From Dehalococcoidia bacterium (lineage in GTDB: Bacteria > Chloroflexota > Dehalococcoidia > Lucifugimonadales > UBA1127): a stretch of 64,000 nt of DNA. Position 1 is the stretch's first letter. Every line of letters begins with the position of its first letter. Shown piece by piece: positions 26,053-35,590 of this stretch. The stretch is taken from the NCBI GenBank assembly GCA_965116355.1, contig OZ220679.1, forward strand, positions 23,819-87,818, in the 5' to 3' direction. A program made the translations under genes and the position numbers. The notes below the pieces were generated by a model, which was not told where the DNA came from, searched no databases, and saw only the letters and a program-made list of their open reading frames with translations.

Positions 26053-26066
26053 GGGGAGACTGCGCC

Positions 26067-26564
26067 ATGAACCAACGGATCAGGATCACCGAGTTGTTCG
26101 CCAGATTCCAGCTGGAGAAGGTGAAGCTGGGCCCCAGCTGGGCCAGCGCCGAGATCGCAATTGACGCCAGTGACAGCGACGCAGCCTGGGAACTCTACGT
26201 CGAGATGCTGACTAGGGTGGTCACCCAGCCCCTCCCGGTTGAGACGGGGGACGAGGAGACTGCCCTCGACAGCGTCTACTCGCTATTCCCCATCACCCGG
26301 GAGGTCCTGCGTCGACGCGGTAGGCGGGCCATCAACTTCACGAAGATAGCCGTCCCCATCCTGAACCAGATCGTCCGGCCCTTTACGGCAAAGTGGCACG
26401 GCAAGCGCTTGGCCGGAGAGCTGGCAGACGAGGTCATACGCAATGAGTTCAGGGACGAGCTGGCGGCCTTGCAAGAGGACCTGCGCAACTACAATCGCAT
26501 GCTAGCGCGCATAGCCGGCGTGGAAGACCTCACGGACCTGGAGAAGGACACGGGGGCGGAATGA
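26067..26564 (+). CDS. Hypothetical helical protein (165 aa), operon member
   Basis: The ATG at 26067 lies 15 nt after the previous stop. Its stop overlaps the next start (ATGATG at 26561). No family was recognised. The ORF-track start at 25770 overlaps the upstream gene and is rejected. Confidence 0.65.
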   Translation: MNQRIRITELFARFQLEKVKLGPSWASAEIAIDASDSDAAWELYVEMLTRVVTQPLPVETGDEETALDSVYSLFPITREVLRRRGRRAINFTKIAVPILNQIVRPFTAKWHGKRLAGELADEVIRNEFRDELAALQEDLRNYNRMLARIAGVEDLTDLEKDTGAE

Positions 26565-27127
26565 TGCCGAGAAGACGCCGACACAATGTGTTCGTCAGCT
26601 ACCACCATGACCAGGACCAGCGGGACAGGGAGAGATTTGTTCACATGATGGGCGACAACATCGTTGACCGGTCAGTGAACATTGGCGACATACCCGGTCC
26701 CAACCCTCCCACCGAAGCCACACTTCAGCGGATTCGGGAAGAGTTCATTGCCCAAGTGTCTGTTACGGTTGTACTGGTAGGGCGGTGCACCTGGCAGCGA
26801 AAGTTCGTTGACTGGGAGATTGGGGCCTCTCTCAGGGATACTAGGTCGAATCCTCGATGCGGGCTCCTGGGCATCCTTCTCCCCTGTCATCCGGACTACG
26901 GGAGTACCACCTATCACAGCCAGCTGATTCCGCCGAGATTGGCGGACAACTGCGACGGGGTCGACCCATTCGCATCAATCCGCGACTGGTCGGATGACCC
27001 GGATGAGGTGCGAGGCTGGATTCACGGCGCATTTCTAAGGCGAAAGCGACAACCCGACCCGGACAACGGCCGTCTGCCATTCGGGAGAAACTGGAACGGC
27101 AACTGCGCGGCGGGTTGGCAGCAATAG
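26561..27127 (+). CDS. TIR-like domain protein (DUF1863 / ThsB-like)
   Basis: HNVFVSYHHDQDQRDRERF...IVDRSVNIGDI...IREEFIAQVSVTVVLVGRCTWQRKFVDWEIGASL...GLLGILLP. Confidence 0.75.
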   Translation: MMPRRRRHNVFVSYHHDQDQRDRERFVHMMGDNIVDRSVNIGDIPGPNPPTEATLQRIREEFIAQVSVTVVLVGRCTWQRKFVDWEIGASLRDTRSNPRCGLLGILLPCHPDYGSTTYHSQLIPPRLADNCDGVDPFASIRDWSDDPDEVRGWIHGAFLRRKRQPDPDNGRLPFGRNWNGNCAAGWQQ

Positions 27128-27177
27128 GTCGTTCTTACACTGCGGTATGAAAGGAAGAGAGAAAGGGGGTAGGTGAC

Positions 27178-27654
27178 ATGGCCGACGATATACGCAATGT
27201 CTTCATCAGTCACATTCACGAGGACGATGAGGGCATCGACAACATCAAGAGGCTTGCCGAAAAGCATGGGATGACGGTCCGAAACGGCTCGGTCACTTCG
27301 GACAGACCCAACTCAGCAACCAACGAGGACTACATCAAGCACCAGATTCTGGCGCCGCGCATCAGATGGTCCAGCGTGCTCGTCGTGTACATTTCGCCAG
27401 AGACCAAACACAGTTGGTGGGTGAATTGGGAAATCGAGTACGCCCACAGCCAGGGCAAGAGGGTGGTCGGCGTGTGGGAATGGGGAGCGAAGGAGTGCGA
27501 AGTACCGGAAGCGCTCACGCGCCATGGTGATGCCGTCGTCGGGTGGAACGGAGAGAGCATCGTCGATGCCATCAACGGCGATTCCGACGAGTGGCGACAG
27601 CCGGATGGGTCTGACTGGGACTACCGTCCCATCAAGCGCTATGCCTGCCGGTAG
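27178..27654 (+). CDS. TIR-domain protein (second, distinct TIR-like paralogue)
   Basis: NVFISHIHEDDEGIDNIKRLAEKHGMTV...SSVLVVYISPETKHSWWVNWEIEYAHSQGKRVVGV. The SD AGGGGG lies upstream of the ATG. Confidence 0.75.
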   Translation: MADDIRNVFISHIHEDDEGIDNIKRLAEKHGMTVRNGSVTSDRPNSATNEDYIKHQILAPRIRWSSVLVVYISPETKHSWWVNWEIEYAHSQGKRVVGVWEWGAKECEVPEALTRHGDAVVGWNGESIVDAINGDSDEWRQPDGSDWDYRPIKRYACR

Positions 27655-27660
27655 TTCGCC

Positions 27661-28260
27661 ATGCACGCCAGGCTGTACTCATACATTGTGGCCAGGGACT
27701 ACGGATTCGCTCCGAATCCGTTCTTCGGGTTTTGCACCCTGGCGACGTGCAAGCCGCAGATACGCAAGAAGGCCGAGGTGGGAGACTGGATCATAGGCAC
27801 CGGCTCAAAGTCCAAAGGCATGGACGGACGCCTTGTCTACGCCATGAGGGTCACCGAAGCCATGTCCTTCGACGAATACTGGGCCGACAGCCGCTTCCAC
27901 CGCAAGCGTCCTGACATGCACGCCAGCATGAAGAAGGCCTTCGGGGATAACATCTACCACCGTGACAACGGCACTGGCCCATGGCGGCAACTGGATTCAC
28001 ACCACAGCCATGAAGACGGGACGCAGAACGATAGGAACGTCCGGAACGACACACAGGTCAACCGCATGCTCGTCAGCGATGATTTCATCTACTGGGGAGG
28101 TAGTGGTCCATTACTACCTGATTTTCGCGGGGAGACCGTTTGCCACAGCACACAGGGGCATAGATGCAGTTTCTCTAGCGACGTGGTTGAGGGCTTCGTT
28201 GCCTGGCTCCGTGGCTTGAACGACGTTGGCTACTGTGGGAACCCCTTAGAATGGCATTAA
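27661..28260 (+). CDS. Nmad2-like (nucleotide-modification-associated domain 2) protein; family call tentative
   Basis: The N-terminus LYSYIVARDYGFAPNPFFGFCTLATCKPQIRKKAEVGDWIIGTGS matches my memory of the Nmad2 signature. The gene starts 7 nt after the previous stop. Confidence 0.6.
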   Translation: MHARLYSYIVARDYGFAPNPFFGFCTLATCKPQIRKKAEVGDWIIGTGSKSKGMDGRLVYAMRVTEAMSFDEYWADSRFHRKRPDMHASMKKAFGDNIYHRDNGTGPWRQLDSHHSHEDGTQNDRNVRNDTQVNRMLVSDDFIYWGGSGPLLPDFRGETVCHSTQGHRCSFSSDVVEGFVAWLRGLNDVGYCGNPLEWH

Positions 28261-28724
28261 GCGTTCGGTTGCATCCCTCTTCGGCTCTTGATACTAACCC
28301 CTTACTTGGTGACGACCGGGCGCATTCCGCTTACGCAGCGGGGAGACTTTTGGGAGCTGGACTCCCTTAGCACCCTCGCCATTCAGTAATGTCTTTGCAG
28401 TCGGGTCATCCAGCACCCTCGAGATCTCCACTCACCAGTCACCGCCCAAACACACCAAAGGGAGTCTACTGTAGGCAGTCACCCAGTCCGCCAAAAGCAG
28501 CGATTGCGGCAATGCAGTGTCCGGCCGAATTGGTTCACGGCTGGTTCGGATTCGGAATCGCATATTCTCCAGTGTACAATGACGCGACCTTATTGGAGCT
28601 CGACTCTCGTATGGTAGAACACCACAATCCTAAGAAACTGGCTTGTCGACCCCGGATCAATTGTGGAATCAGGACCAGTACAATCGATGGTCAAACCTCG
28701 ACATCACAAACGCTAAGGAGAAGA

Positions 28725-29606
28725 ATGACCTTTGAATACCAGGGAGCTGATAGACAGATCTACAGTGAACCGGCAGCGGTCACGAATCCTTGCCACATTG
28801 CCGAAGATGATGGTCTTCGCTCCCGTCACATGAGGCGTTTAATCCAAGACTTGGTCTCGACCGAGGCCTGTCCTACTACACAGACAATCCCGAAGGTTGT
28901 CATTCAGTTCTGGCACGATTCCAACAATATACCTGCAGATGTCCAAGAGTGCATTGACAGCTGGAAATCGCTTGAAAGTCGAGGTGTCAAACGGGTTTTC
29001 TTTGATGACCATCAGGCGAGAAGATTCATAACCAATAGCTTCGATCTTCATCATGTAGCGGCGTTTGACCGGTGTCGTCACCCGGCGATGCGGTGTGACT
29101 ATTTTCGCCTATGCTACTTAGCTAGGCACGGTGGCTTTTACGTAGACGCCGACGAGTTTTACCAGGGAGAGGACTGCGACCCTTTGTTTGCGGATAATCG
29201 CCTAAAGATCCAGCCTTTGTGCTACGACATCCCATCAGCAGCAATGGTTCCCTACGACGTGTTCACAAGAGAAAACAGCGAATCTACGAACTGGATCTTC
29301 TATGCAAACAACAATCCGCTTGTCGCGCCGGCTTCTCATCCTGTCATCCGATTGGCCCTTCGTCGGTCGACTCGAATTCTCTTGAAGGATGAAAGCAAAC
29401 GACTCGACATACAGTCAACAACTGGACCAGGTAACTTCACCGCTAGTTTAGTTAGACACGCAATCGTTACCGAGCTTTCCGGCCAGGTTCGAGACTTTTC
29501 ATTCATAGCCAACTGGGAAGCTATTTCGATCAGCCGATGGCCGCTAAGCTATCGAAGTGATGAGCGGAATTGGAGGCTATGGAACCGTGCACAGAGGCCT
29601 ATGTAG
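28725..29606 (+). CDS. DXD-motif glycosyltransferase (Gly_transf_sug / OCH1-like, COG3774)
   Basis: VVIQFWHDSNNIPADVQECIDSWKS...RHPAMRCDYFRLCYLARHGGFYVDADEF. The preferred start is the ATG at 28725, with AAGGAG 5 nt upstream. GC is markedly lower. Confidence 0.75.
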   Translation: MTFEYQGADRQIYSEPAAVTNPCHIAEDDGLRSRHMRRLIQDLVSTEACPTTQTIPKVVIQFWHDSNNIPADVQECIDSWKSLESRGVKRVFFDDHQARRFITNSFDLHHVAAFDRCRHPAMRCDYFRLCYLARHGGFYVDADEFYQGEDCDPLFADNRLKIQPLCYDIPSAAMVPYDVFTRENSESTNWIFYANNNPLVAPASHPVIRLALRRSTRILLKDESKRLDIQSTTGPGNFTASLVRHAIVTELSGQVRDFSFIANWEAISISRWPLSYRSDERNWRLWNRAQRPM

Positions 29607-29708
29607 CAGTGTCAGGCGAACCCTGCAACCGTGTACAACGTTGGCGTCCACCTTATACCTAGTGCCCTCCTACTGGCGCCAAGCTGATGGAAGGAACTTT
29701 TACTCCTG

Positions 29709-31928
29709 ATGAATGCGGAAAAACCATCTCGATTCCTTCGGCGGGTGTGGTTTTGGGCGATGCTAGGTGCTAGGTATCTGGAGACCAACACCATTACTAG
29801 GTCGTTTGGCAATGAGAGAACGGGCGATCTCATTCAACGAATCTACGTGATCAATCTGGATCGGCAGCCCAATCGCTGGCGACAGATGAGCCAAGAGCTT
29901 AGCAGGCTACGCGACCGATCAGGAGGCTCCTTGGCCAAGCTGAGCAGGCGCTTTTCTGCTGTAGACGCAAGATACCTGTACGAGCCAAATGGTGGAGACC
30001 AAATAGAGTCAACCTATCGTTTGTCTGATCAACTCTTCGTTCAGCCGGAGCCGCGGCTGGACCACGTAGTAGATGCGCAAGCCCAAGACATCGAAATGAC
30101 ACCTCAAGAGGTGGCAGTCGCCCTTTCACACATTGAGGTTTGGAAGACAATAGCCGCAAATGAGCCGCGGTACACCCTAGTGTTGGAGGATGACATCTAC
30201 TTCCGAAGGGGATTCGCCAGAGTCTTCGACGCCACATGGGCTGACCTTAGCCAGTGGAATGGGCAGGGTATCGATGTCGACATGGTCTATCTGTCGTATG
30301 AAAGAGCTCTCAAGGAGATACCGGGAAGCCCAGTCTCTAAACTGCTGTTCAGACCAACGACCGGTCTCTGGCAACTCTCCGGTTACATACTGTCTAAGGA
30401 TGGTGCAGCAAATCTTCTCCGGCTACTACCGGTGCGGGGACCAGTAGATCTCTGGCTCAATCATCAGTTCAGGAGACTCAATGTTCTAGCCACCCGGCGT
30501 CCAATAGTCGTGCAGAGACCGGATGTACCGTCCACAAACTCTTACTCCGTACTGCCCATCCTTTCCCGAGTCGGGGTAATCACCCGAGAAAAGCCACTGC
30601 TGGTCAAAAGTATGTCACTGCGCGGGCCTGTCTTTGCTTTCGGCCAGAGTGGCTCGGGCTTAGCGTCACTCGCAATGGCACTCTCAATGCTGGGTTATAG
30701 GTGCTGCAGCGACGTTACGGCGCTGCCGACTCGTGAACATGCCGAACTATTCGGGAACGGGCGCAAGCGAGTGTTTGACGCCTATGTGAATATCGGCTCA
30801 CTAGATTCGCGCTTGCTTTCCAAACTGGCGAAGACCTACCCCAAGGCGCGATTCATCGCGACTGTGAGAGGAGATGGGCCGCCAAATGGTTCAATTGGAG
30901 AATTTCAGACCGGAGGTTCCGCACATCCTGCAGCTAGTGAACATTGGACAGACAGCAACTTGATCCGGCTCTCCGAAGAGATATCCAACAACCTCCTAGT
31001 GCTTCCATCCCTGCACCGTGACAAATGGGAATTGCTTAGGGGTTTCTTGGGATGCGAGTACCCTGCCCATGCATATCCCAATCGCGAAGACGTAATGCAA
31101 CGTCCACTCGTAGCCGAATCAGGTGATCGTCAAAATGGCTGGAGATCGCAAGTGAGGAATCTCAAAAGAGACTCGTCTCCGTGGATTGTCCCCGGGACAG
31201 ATTGGCCCGGCCTGGCACTCGCCGAAGTTAACGAGACAGTGCCTCTTGATTCTCTAGGCAACGGCCTAGTCGATGATTCCAGAGACTCGGAAAACCGAAC
31301 CTGGGTGCTACGCGACGACACCTTTCCGAGTAATCTTGCACTATTCACGCCCGACAACTTCACGATCAACAAGTGCGGCGTTGGACAGCTCACACTGCGC
31401 CAGGAGAATGCTTCCGTAAGGCAATTCACATCCGCATCAATTGCAAGTGGGCAGCGCTATCTTTACGGACGATTTGTTGCGGACCTAAGGCCATCGAACA
31501 CTCCAGGTGCGATAACAGGAATGTTCTTGCATCGCAATTCGCCTCGTCAGGAAATTGATCTTGAGTTCTTAGGCAAGGACACTACGAGCTTGCTCGTGAA
31601 TGTGTATTACAACCCCGGCGTCGAGGGGACAAAGCTGGAATATGGCTACCGAGGGACGCCTACACTCATTGAACTGGGCTTCGACGCAGCGTCGGAATTC
31701 CATCGATATGAAATTGAATGGTGTGCAGACTATATCGTATGGAGAGTCGACGGACGCCTTGTATGCAAGCGGAACATGTGGGACCCTACTCCCATCCCAC
31801 ATCTACCAATGCAGTTCAACGTGAACCTCTGGCCCTCAAGGTCCATAAGGCTGGCCGGGAGGTTGGCTACCGGTGACCTGCCTACCCAGAGTTATATTAG
31901 AAACATTGATGTACAGTCAGTCTCTTGA
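29709..31928 (+). CDS. Multidomain protein: N-terminal GT25-family glycosyltransferase, unassigned central region, C-terminal GH16 (laminarinase/ConA-like) domain
   Basis: GT25: IYVINLDRQPNRWRQM...FSAVDARYL...ALSHIEVWKTIAANEPRYTLVLEDDIYF. GH16: GAITGMFLHRNSPRQEIDLEFLGKDT...HRYEIEWCADYIVWRVDG, with the catalytic ExDxE motif as EIDLE. Confidence 0.75.
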   Translation: MNAEKPSRFLRRVWFWAMLGARYLETNTITRSFGNERTGDLIQRIYVINLDRQPNRWRQMSQELSRLRDRSGGSLAKLSRRFSAVDARYLYEPNGGDQIESTYRLSDQLFVQPEPRLDHVVDAQAQDIEMTPQEVAVALSHIEVWKTIAANEPRYTLVLEDDIYFRRGFARVFDATWADLSQWNGQGIDVDMVYLSYERALKEIPGSPVSKLLFRPTTGLWQLSGYILSKDGAANLLRLLPVRGPVDLWLNHQFRRLNVLATRRPIVVQRPDVPSTNSYSVLPILSRVGVITREKPLLVKSMSLRGPVFAFGQSGSGLASLAMALSMLGYRCCSDVTALPTREHAELFGNGRKRVFDAYVNIGSLDSRLLSKLAKTYPKARFIATVRGDGPPNGSIGEFQTGGSAHPAASEHWTDSNLIRLSEEISNNLLVLPSLHRDKWELLRGFLGCEYPAHAYPNREDVMQRPLVAESGDRQNGWRSQVRNLKRDSSPWIVPGTDWPGLALAEVNETVPLDSLGNGLVDDSRDSENRTWVLRDDTFPSNLALFTPDNFTINKCGVGQLTLRQENASVRQFTSASIASGQRYLYGRFVADLRPSNTPGAITGMFLHRNSPRQEIDLEFLGKDTTSLLVNVYYNPGVEGTKLEYGYRGTPTLIELGFDAASEFHRYEIEWCADYIVWRVDGRLVCKRNMWDPTPIPHLPMQFNVNLWPSRSIRLAGRLATGDLPTQSYIRNIDVQSVS

Positions 31929-32449
31929 CCTGACTCTGTCTCAGAGACGTCCCGCTATGCCGACGGCACAGAGTGTATCACCGCCTCACAGCGCAGTGAT
32001 TGAGTTCCATTGAGACCTTCTTGCCCAAGGCGATAGCTTCCAGTGCCCGTCGAAAACCCGGCCACAACAAATGTGTCCTTGCCTGAACTCAAGTATGCCC
32101 ACTTAGGCGAGTTCTGACCTGAAAAGCACTGAACCAAGCTTGGGAATCTCTGCTCGACGTATGTCCGAGGCAGCCCAACCAGAGTAGCCCGGCTCTAAGT
32201 GAGGATTGTGGTGTTGGAGAATTGCAGTCCCTGGGCCAAAGTGAAATGACATCTCTTTATGCGTATAGGTCCGCAGACCGTGTCCGAATCCACCAGGGTG
32301 AGTGCCCCCAACACCCTAGTCAGGACCGTTTGCGGACGAGTCCTTCTCTAGTCCAATCATAGAGCAAGGTCACTTGATTGAACGCTGAGTAAGTCATGGG
32401 CTAGGCTTCGTTTCTGCAGGGATCCCATTCATACGGACACCGAGTCCGC

Positions 32450-35400
32450 CTAACCGGACTCGGCCCATCCCTCGGACAGCACCTCCGCCTGCTCCAGCAC
32501 CGTCTGCGTCGCTTTCTCTTGCTTGTCCGGCGGGTAGCCGTGCTTGCGGAGGATGCGCCGGACGAGGACGCGCAACTGGGCACGCACGGTCTCGCGCACC
32601 GTCCAGTCGATGGTGACGTTGCGGCGCACGGTGTCGACGAGCTCGCGGGCGATGTCGCCCAGCGTGTCGTCGCCGAGGACCTGGACGGCGCTGTCGTTAG
32701 TTTCGAGAGCGTCGTAGAAGGCGAGTTCGTCTTCTGAGAGGCCGAGGCGCTCGCCGCGGGCGGTGGCCTCGCGCATGTCGCGAGCGAGTTGGATGAGTTC
32801 CTCGATGACCTGTGCCGCCTCGATCGCGCGGTTCTGGTATCGCCGGAGCGACTGCTCCAGCATCTCGGCGAAGGAGCGGGCCTGCACGACGTTCTGGCGC
32901 CGGCGGGTGGCCACCTCGCCTCGGATGAGCTTTTGCAGCAGCTCCACGGCCAGATTGCGGTGAGGCATGCCCTGGACCTCGGCGAGGAAGTCCTCCGAGA
33001 GCACCGAAATGTCCGGCTTCTCCAGCCCCGCCGCCGCGAAGATGTCAACGACGCCCTCCGAGGCTACGGCGCGCGAGATGATCTGCCGGACGGCCAGCTC
33101 AAGCTCGTCCTCGGGGCGGGCGAGGGCTTCTGCGCGCTTGGTGAGGGCGGTGCGCACGGCCTGGAAAAAGGCAACGTCGTCCCGGATGCGCCGCGCCTCG
33201 TCGTGCGTCGACGCCAGCGCGAAGGCCTGCGAGAGCTCCCGCACCGCCGTCGTGAAGCGGTCTTTGCCGTCTTCCAGCGCCAGCACGTGCTCCTGTGCCG
33301 GCGGCAGCATGGCCAGCCGCTGCTGGCCGGTGCCCGTCGCCCACCCCGACCAGTCGAAGCCGTGGAACATGGTGCAGCATACCTCGTGCTTCTCCAGCAT
33401 GACGGCGACGGCCTCGCCCTGGTCGACGGTCGCCTCGCCTTCACCGCCGCTCTCCGTGTAGGTGTGGGTGGCCTCGCGGATGTCCTGCGCCAGGCCGAGG
33501 TAGTCCACGACGAGGCCGCCGGGCTTGTCGCCGAAGACTCGGTTGACGCGGGTGATGGCCTGGAAGAGCCCGTGGCCGCGCATGGGCTTGTCGACGTACA
33601 TGGTGTGCAGGCTCGGCGCGTCGAAGCCAGTGAGCCACATGTCCCGCACCAGCACGATGCGGAATGAGTCGTCTGGGTCACGGAAGCGCTTGGCGAGGGC
33701 CTCCCGGCGCGGCTTGTTGCGGATGTGCGGCTGCCAGTCGACCGGGTCCGTGGCCGAGCCGGTCATCACCACCTTGACGGCGCCCTTCGCGTCGTCCTCG
33801 TCGTGCCACTCTGGGCGGAGGCGCACCAGCTCCCGGTAGAGGTCGATGCAAATGCGGCGGCTCATGCACACCACCATCGCCTTGCCGTGCATGGCCTCCA
33901 GCCGCTGCTCAAAGTGGGCGACGAGGTCCTCGGCGATCTGCCGGACACGCGGCGCCGCGCCAACGACCGCCTCCAGCTGCGCCCACTTGGTCTTGAGCCG
34001 CTCCCGGCGCTCGACCTCCTCGCCCTCGGTCGCGTCCTCAAAGTCCGGGTCGATGCGCGGCCGCTGCTCCTCGTCGAGGGCGAGCTTGGCCAGGCGGCTC
34101 TCGTAGTAGATGGGCACCGTCGCGCCGTCCTGCACCGAGCGCCGGATGTCGTAAACGCTGATGTAGTCGCCGAAAACGGCGCGGGTGTTGGCGTCCTGCA
34201 GCTCGATGGGCGTGCCGGTGAAGCCCACGAAGGAGGCGTTAGGCAGGGCGTCCCGCATGTGCCGCGCGAAGCCGTCGATGAAGTCGTACTGGCTGCGGTG
34301 GGCCTCGTCAGCGATGACGACGATGTTGCTGCGGTCGGACAGCATTGGGTAGGTGTCGCCGCGCTCCTCCGGGAAGAACTTCTGGATGGTGGTGAATACC
34401 ACGCCGCCCGCCGCCACGGAGAGCCTGGCCCGCAGGTCCGCGCGGCTCTCCGCCTGCGAGGGCGGCTGGCGCAGCAGGTCCTGACAGCGGGAGAAGGTGG
34501 TGAAGAGCTGGTCGTCCAGGTCGTTGCGGTCCGTGAGAACGACGACCGTGGGGTTGCGCATGGCCGGCTCCCGGGCGATCGCGCCGGCGTAGACGGCCAT
34601 CGTCAGGCTCTTGCCCGACCCCTGCGTGTGCCACACGACGCCGATGCGGTGGTCGCCGTGCTCCCCGCCGGGGTTGCGGCCCGACTCGTAGCGGCCCTCC
34701 GGATCGCCGATGGCGGCGCCTTCGCGCTGGAGGGCGGCGGCCCGCAGCGTCTCGTCGACGGCGGCGCGGACGGCGTGGAACTGGTGGTAGCCGGCCACCT
34801 TCTTGACCAACGGCCCGCCGTCGTCCTCGAACACGATGAAGTCGCACACCAGCGGCAGCAGGCGGTCGGGCGAGAAGACGCCCTGCACCATGACCTCCAG
34901 CTCCGACAGGGCGACCTCGGCCAGAGCCTCGCCGGTGACGGTGCGCCACGGCTTGAACCACTCGCGCCCGGCGGTCAGCGAGCCGATGCGCGCCGTCGTG
35001 CCGTCGGAGACCACCAGCAGCTCGTTCATCGAGAAGAGGGAGGGCAGCTCCGCCTTGTAGGTCTGCAGTTGCTGCCAGGCCGCCCAGACGGTGGCGTCCT
35101 CATCCAGGGGGTTCTTGAGCTCCATGACGGCCAGGGGCAGGCCGTTGACGAAGAGGACGATGTCCGGGCGGCGGGTGTGGCGGTTCTCCGTGACGGTGAA
35201 CTGGTTGACAGCGAGCAGGTCGTTGCGGAGCGGGTTGTCCGAGTCAATGACCCTGGCCTGGGCGCCCTGAACGCGGCCCTCCGCGAGGAACTCCACGGTG
35301 ACGCCGGCGGTGAGCATGCGATGGAAGGCGCGGTTTCGGGCCTCCAGCGACGCCCCCTCCGGCCGGGTCAGCTTGCGGTAGGCGTCGTCCAGCGCGTCCG

Positions 35401-35590
35401 GGGGCAGGCCGGGGTTCAGCCGCACGAGGGCGTCCCGCAGCCGGCGCGCCAGCACCACGTCGCCGTAGTCATCACGCTCCGGCGTCGAGCCGTCGGGTGC
35501 GATGTCCGGCCCATAGGCGACGGCCCACCCCAACTCCTGCAGCCAGGAGAGCGCGGCCTGCTCGACGGTGTCTTCATTGACGGTGGTCAT
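32450..35590 (-). CDS. hsdR: Type I restriction enzyme R subunit
   Basis: Walker [16 protein letters not shown] box [11 protein letters not shown], and a typical HsdR N- and C-terminal organisation (1046 aa). Confidence 0.95.
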   Translation of the reverse strand: MTTVNEDTVEQAALSWLQELGWAVAYGPDIAPDGSTPERDDYGDVVLARRLRDALVRLNPGLPPDALDDAYRKLTRPEGASLEARNRAFHRMLTAGVTVEFLAEGRVQGAQARVIDSDNPLRNDLLAVNQFTVTENRHTRRPDIVLFVNGLPLAVMELKNPLDEDATVWAAWQQLQTYKAELPSLFSMNELLVVSDGTTARIGSLTAGREWFKPWRTVTGEALAEVALSELEVMVQGVFSPDRLLPLVCDFIVFEDDGGPLVKKVAGYHQFHAVRAAVDETLRAAALQREGAAIGDPEGRYESGRNPGGEHGDHRIGVVWHTQGSGKSLTMAVYAGAIAREPAMRNPTVVVLTDRNDLDDQLFTTFSRCQDLLRQPPSQAESRADLRARLSVAAGGVVFTTIQKFFPEERGDTYPMLSDRSNIVVIADEAHRSQYDFIDGFARHMRDALPNASFVGFTGTPIELQDANTRAVFGDYISVYDIRRSVQDGATVPIYYESRLAKLALDEEQRPRIDPDFEDATEGEEVERRERLKTKWAQLEAVVGAAPRVRQIAEDLVAHFEQRLEAMHGKAMVVCMSRRICIDLYRELVRLRPEWHDEDDAKGAVKVVMTGSATDPVDWQPHIRNKPRREALAKRFRDPDDSFRIVLVRDMWLTGFDAPSLHTMYVDKPMRGHGLFQAITRVNRVFGDKPGGLVVDYLGLAQDIREATHTYTESGGEGEATVDQGEAVAVMLEKHEVCCTMFHGFDWSGWATGTGQQRLAMLPPAQEHVLALEDGKDRFTTAVRELSQAFALASTHDEARRIRDDVAFFQAVRTALTKRAEALARPEDELELAVRQIISRAVASEGVVDIFAAAGLEKPDISVLSEDFLAEVQGMPHRNLAVELLQKLIRGEVATRRRQNVVQARSFAEMLEQSLRRYQNRAIEAAQVIEELIQLARDMREATARGERLGLSEDELAFYDALETNDSAVQVLGDDTLGDIARELVDTVRRNVTIDWTVRETVRAQLRVLVRRILRKHGYPPDKQEKATQTVLEQAEVLSEGWAESG

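Noticed and set aside
28389-28724. The 112-codon N-terminal extension of the DXD glycosyltransferase ORF, and the 25770 start of the 165-aa operon gene.
   Set aside because: The extensions have no RBS and odd composition (or overlap the upstream gene). Internal ATGs at 28725 (AAGGAG upstream) and 26067 fit the operon spacing.
31929-32449. A 520-bp low-GC spacer containing the 60-aa ORF 31955-32137(-) and a 9-bp-stem hairpin (32440-32463) spanning the hsdR stop. It was considered for an sRNA or a mobile-element end.
   Set aside because: The ORF has no signals or motifs. The hairpin lacks a U-tract and no repeat partner was found. The evidence is insufficient for a feature call.
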